Part shown: piece by piece, positions 7,443 to 10,294 of the stretch | How the letters are laid out: every line of letters begins with the position of its first letter | Position numbering within the stretch: the stretch's first letter is position 1 | DNA from: Gemmatimonadota bacterium | Lineage (GTDB): Bacteria; Gemmatimonadota; Gemmatimonadetes; Palauibacterales; Palauibacteraceae | Assembly (NCBI GenBank): GCA_039588275.1 | Contig: JBDHAC010000095.1 | Location: 1-10,294 of the forward strand | Length of the DNA stretch: 10,294 bases | Direction: 5' to 3' | Notes under the pieces: model-generated | The model's database searches: none | Seen by the model: the letters and a program-made list of their open reading frames with translations, nothing else | Told to the model about the DNA's origin: nothing | Translations under genes and position numbers: made by a program

Positions 7443-8267
7443 ATGCGAGCAGGTCGCGAATTCCAGCATATCGCACGCCCGCGCGGGCTCCATCGGGCGG
7501 CCCCGCTGACCCGCCTCTTGCTCCTCGTAGCGATTCCCCAGCTCCCCTCCGAGGGAGCACCGCCAGCCTACGCCCAGGAGACCCCCGCCGAGATCGTGGA
7601 TCGGGTGGACAGGCTGCTGCGTGGCGAGTCCAGCCGAGGCACGGTGAGCATGCGGATCGTCACCGAGCACTGGACCCGGAGCCTGGATATGAGCATATGG
7701 TCGCTCGGCACGGACCACGCGCTCATTCGAATCCTCTCACCCCAGAAGGACGCGGGTCTCGCGACGCTGAAGGCGGGGAACGAGATCTGGAACTACCTGC
7801 CGCGGGTCGACCGGACGATCAAGGTGCCCACCTCGATGATGGGAGCCTCATGGATGGGCTCTCACTTCACCAACGATGACCTCGTCAAGGAGCACCGTCT
7901 GATCGACGACTACGACATCGAGATCGCGTTCGAAGGAGCGCGGGACGGGAGCGAAGTGTGGGAATTCGATCTGACCCCGAAGGCTGAAGCGGCCGTCATC
8001 TGGGATCGGATCGTGTACCTCGTTCGAAAGGCGGACATGATGCCCGTGTGGGCGAGGTTCTACGACGAACGGGACGCGCTCATCCGCACCATCACCTGGT
8101 CCGACTACAAGACGATGGGCGGGCGTCTCGTGCCCGCCCTCATGACCATCGAGCCGGCGGACAAGCCGGACGAGAGTACCGCGGTGCTATACGTCGAGCT
8201 CGAGTTCGACGTAGACGTGGAGCGCACGTTCTTCTCGCTTCGGACCCTGCGGTCCCGCGAGCGATGA
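7443..8267 (+). CDS. LolA-like 'outer membrane lipoprotein-sorting protein' family, secreted/periplasmic
   Basis: Hydrophobic stretch then AYA|Q signal peptidase I-like site; LIRILSPQKDAG..TLK, EIWNYLPRVDRTIKVPTSMMGASWMGSHFTNDDLVKE and FFSLRTLR motifs typical of LolA-like proteins encoded with MacB/FtsX permeases. Exact start uncertain. Confidence 0.88.
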   Translation: MRAGREFQHIARPRGLHRAAPLTRLLLLVAIPQLPSEGAPPAYAQETPAEIVDRVDRLLRGESSRGTVSMRIVTEHWTRSLDMSIWSLGTDHALIRILSPQKDAGLATLKAGNEIWNYLPRVDRTIKVPTSMMGASWMGSHFTNDDLVKEHRLIDDYDIEIAFEGARDGSEVWEFDLTPKAEAAVIWDRIVYLVRKADMMPVWARFYDERDALIRTITWSDYKTMGGRLVPALMTIEPADKPDESTAVLYVELEFDVDVERTFFSLRTLRSRER

Positions 8268-8289
8268 CCCGCGATCCCAGCGACGCGGC

Positions 8290-9558
8290 ATGACCTACCT
8301 CTTCCGCCGACCCTGGTGGCGAGTCGGGTGGCGAAACCTGGGCCGCAACCGGCGACGCACCCTGTTCACCGCCAGCGGTCTGGCCATCGGGTACTGCACC
8401 GTCGTGGTCATGACCGGTCTCGGTCGTGGCATGGTCGCCGAGATGGTCGGCAACGGAACCGGGATCCTTTCCGGCCAGCTCCAGCTCCACGGACCGGATT
8501 ACCTGCCCGAGCGAAGCATGTACGAGACCATCGGCGGGCGTGAAGGCGCCGATGTGGAGGCCCTCGTGGCTCGCGTTGAGGCGGATCCGTCGATCGCCGC
8601 AGCCGGCCCTCGCGTCTACGGCGGCGGGTTGGTCAGCTCCGGCGACGCGACGGTCGCGGCCAGCCTGATCGGGATCGACCCCGCCCGCGAGCCCCATGTC
8701 TCGCGTATCCCCGGGACCGTGTACCAGGGCGCGCAACCGACGGTAGGGACGAACGAGCTGTTGATCGGGCGCGAAATGGCGACCCAACTCGATGTCGGAC
8801 CCGGAGACGAGATCGTCCTGGTGGCGCCGGCCTCGGACGGATCGTTGGGGAACGACCTGTTTCGCGTATCGGGCGTGTTCTCCACCGGTCTGACCGAGCT
8901 CGACGGAGCGGTGGCGCTCCTGCCGCTCGACGCTCTCCAGCAACTCATCGCCCTGCCCGCCGACCGCGTTCACGAGATCGCCGCGCGCGTCGAAGATCCG
9001 TGGGCGGCGGCGGCGGCGGCGGAGCGAATCGATGCCTGGCTCGGCACCGCCGCCGACGGTGCGAGGGCGACCGCATGGACCGAGCTCCAGCCCGAGATGG
9101 TGTTCTACGCGCGGCTGTTCGAATCCATGGAGTGGATCCTCCTGGTGATCATCTTCGTGATGGCGGTGTTCGGGGTCGCGAACACCATGCTCACCGGCAC
9201 CTATGAGCGCAGGCGAGAGTTCGCGGTCATTTTGGCGTTGGGAGCCGGGCCGGGGCTCATCCTCCGCTCCGTGCTGGCCGAGGCCATCGCCCTCGGCGTC
9301 CTGAGCCTCGGGGCCGGCGCGCTCATCACGGGCCCCCTGCTCTTCTGGTGGCACGAGGCGCCACCGGACATGAGCTGGCTGTACGGCGGTTTCACGATGG
9401 CTGGCGGGCTCGTCCGGCCGGTGCTCCGCGTCGAGTACCCGCCGGAGATGCTCTGGATGGCCGCCGTCGCGTTGTTCGTCACCGCCGTGCTGGCCGCGAT
9501 CTACCCCGCTTACCGCGGCGCGCGCACTCCTCCGGCCGACACGCTCGCGGGGCGATGA
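8290..9558 (+). CDS. ABC transporter permease, MacB/FtsX (LolE-like) family
   Basis: WRNLGRNRRRTLFT N-terminus, one TM, large periplasmic domain (GIDP..E, LLIGREMATQLDVGPGDEIVL, VSGVFSTG..ELD), then GVANTMLTGTYERRREFAVILALGA and three more TMs ending AIYPAYRGARTPPADTL. Confidence 0.95.
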   Translation: MTYLFRRPWWRVGWRNLGRNRRRTLFTASGLAIGYCTVVVMTGLGRGMVAEMVGNGTGILSGQLQLHGPDYLPERSMYETIGGREGADVEALVARVEADPSIAAAGPRVYGGGLVSSGDATVAASLIGIDPAREPHVSRIPGTVYQGAQPTVGTNELLIGREMATQLDVGPGDEIVLVAPASDGSLGNDLFRVSGVFSTGLTELDGAVALLPLDALQQLIALPADRVHEIAARVEDPWAAAAAAERIDAWLGTAADGARATAWTELQPEMVFYARLFESMEWILLVIIFVMAVFGVANTMLTGTYERRREFAVILALGAGPGLILRSVLAEAIALGVLSLGAGALITGPLLFWWHEAPPDMSWLYGGFTMAGGLVRPVLRVEYPPEMLWMAAVALFVTAVLAAIYPAYRGARTPPADTLAGR

Positions 9559-10294
9559 GCCGCCTGCCGATCCTGGTCCGGCTGGCGGTGCGGAATCTGC
9601 GCCGGAACGTGCGCCGCAGTCTGCTGACGGGCGCGGCCATGGTGGTAGGCGTGGGGCTTCTCGCCATGTCCCGCGCCTTCGCGGAGGGTGGCCACGAGGA
9701 CTGGATCGAGTCCGGCGTTCGTCTGGGCACCGGACACATCGCGCTACAGGCCCCCGCGTTCCATGCCCGCCGCACGATCGAGCACCGTCTCGATGCGGAG
9801 GTGCTGGCGGGCGCCCTGGGCGCCCTGGACGAGTCGTCGCTAGCGGATGACGCGCTAGCAGTGGCCGTGCGCCTCGAGCTACGGGGGCTGGCCAGCAGCG
9901 CGGCCGCGGCCGTGCCGGTGATGGTGAACGGAGTCGACGCCGACGTCGAGCGGAGCTTCGCGGAGCTCGACACCGCGCTCGAGCAGGGTCGTTACCTGGA
10001 GCAGGGTGATCGGCTGCATGCGTACATCGGGGTGAAGCTCGCGGAGCGTCTGAATCTCGAGCTCGGCTCCCGCCTGGTCCTGACGGCCCAGGACGCATCG
10101 GGCGGGATCGCCGCGCAGCTCGTCCGTGTGGTCGGCACCTTCCGCACCGGTCTACCGGAGATGGACGAGCGATTCGTGCAGGTTCCTCTCGAGACCGCTC
10201 GCGCGTGGGTCGGAACCGAGGGAGCGGCGACGTCGGTAGCCGTGCTCCTCGCCTCCAGCCGTCGGGTACCAGTTGTGAAGCGCGCCCTGGTGGA
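9555..10294 (+). CDS. Second MacB/FtsX (LolE-like) ABC permease, N-terminal part (runs off the right edge)
   Basis: Hand translation from ATG 9555 (ATGA overlap with the previous stop): MSRLPILVRLAVRNLRRNVRRSLLTGAAMVVGVGLLAMSRAFAEGGHEDWIESGVRLGTGHIALQ...VNGVD..GRYL...IGVKLAERLNLELGSRLVL...VVGTFRTGLPEMDERFVQVPL, open to the edge. Confidence 0.93.
   Translation, partial: MSRLPILVRLAVRNLRRNVRRSLLTGAAMVVGVGLLAMSRAFAEGGHEDWIESGVRLGTGHIALQAPAFHARRTIEHRLDAEVLAGALGALDESSLADDALAVAVRLELRGLASSAAAAVPVMVNGVDADVERSFAELDTALEQGRYLEQGDRLHAYIGVKLAERLNLELGSRLVLTAQDASGGIAAQLVRVVGTFRTGLPEMDERFVQVPLETARAWVGTEGAATSVAVLLASSRRVPVVKRALV

Noticed and set aside
9004..9021. (GCG)6 microsatellite
   Set aside because: In-frame poly-Ala codons in the permease; slippage would not shift the frame, so it is not a phase-variation switch.
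8140..10098. 652-aa minus-strand ORF
   Set aside because: Arg/Pro/Gly-rich antisense shadow of the two permease genes.

Overview
GC-rich bacterial window (phylum not determinable from sequence alone; gene style suggests Gemmatimonadota-like, inference only) with two divergent gene blocks. Minus strand, right to left: tandem-domain universal stress protein, soluble FixL-like PAS/HisKA_3 sensor kinase, NtrC-family sigma54 response regulator, small membrane protein and the 5' end of a probable MscS channel. Plus strand: DUF5335-like protein, CBS-pair protein, acetate kinase-like protein, LolA-like protein and two MacB/FtsX (LolE-like) ABC permeases, the last truncated by the window edge. The content resembles a low-oxygen/stress island. 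Most notable: (1) the AckA homologue is an intact ORF but has lost many catalytic and nucleotide-binding residues (R241, H180, H123, H208, D283/R285 equivalents), suggesting a pseudo-kinase or repurposed enzyme at the head of an exporter operon; (2) a recurring GGGAC-N5-GYCCC-type palindrome lies about 95-130 bp upstream of GG-N10-GC sigma54-like elements in three intergenic regions, suggesting a local enhancer regulon; (3) the kinase PAS keeps the proximal heme His but has Met at the distal Arg position; (4) a 9-codon ORF bridges two genes through double ATGA overlaps. No RNA genes, CRISPR arrays or mobile elements were seen.
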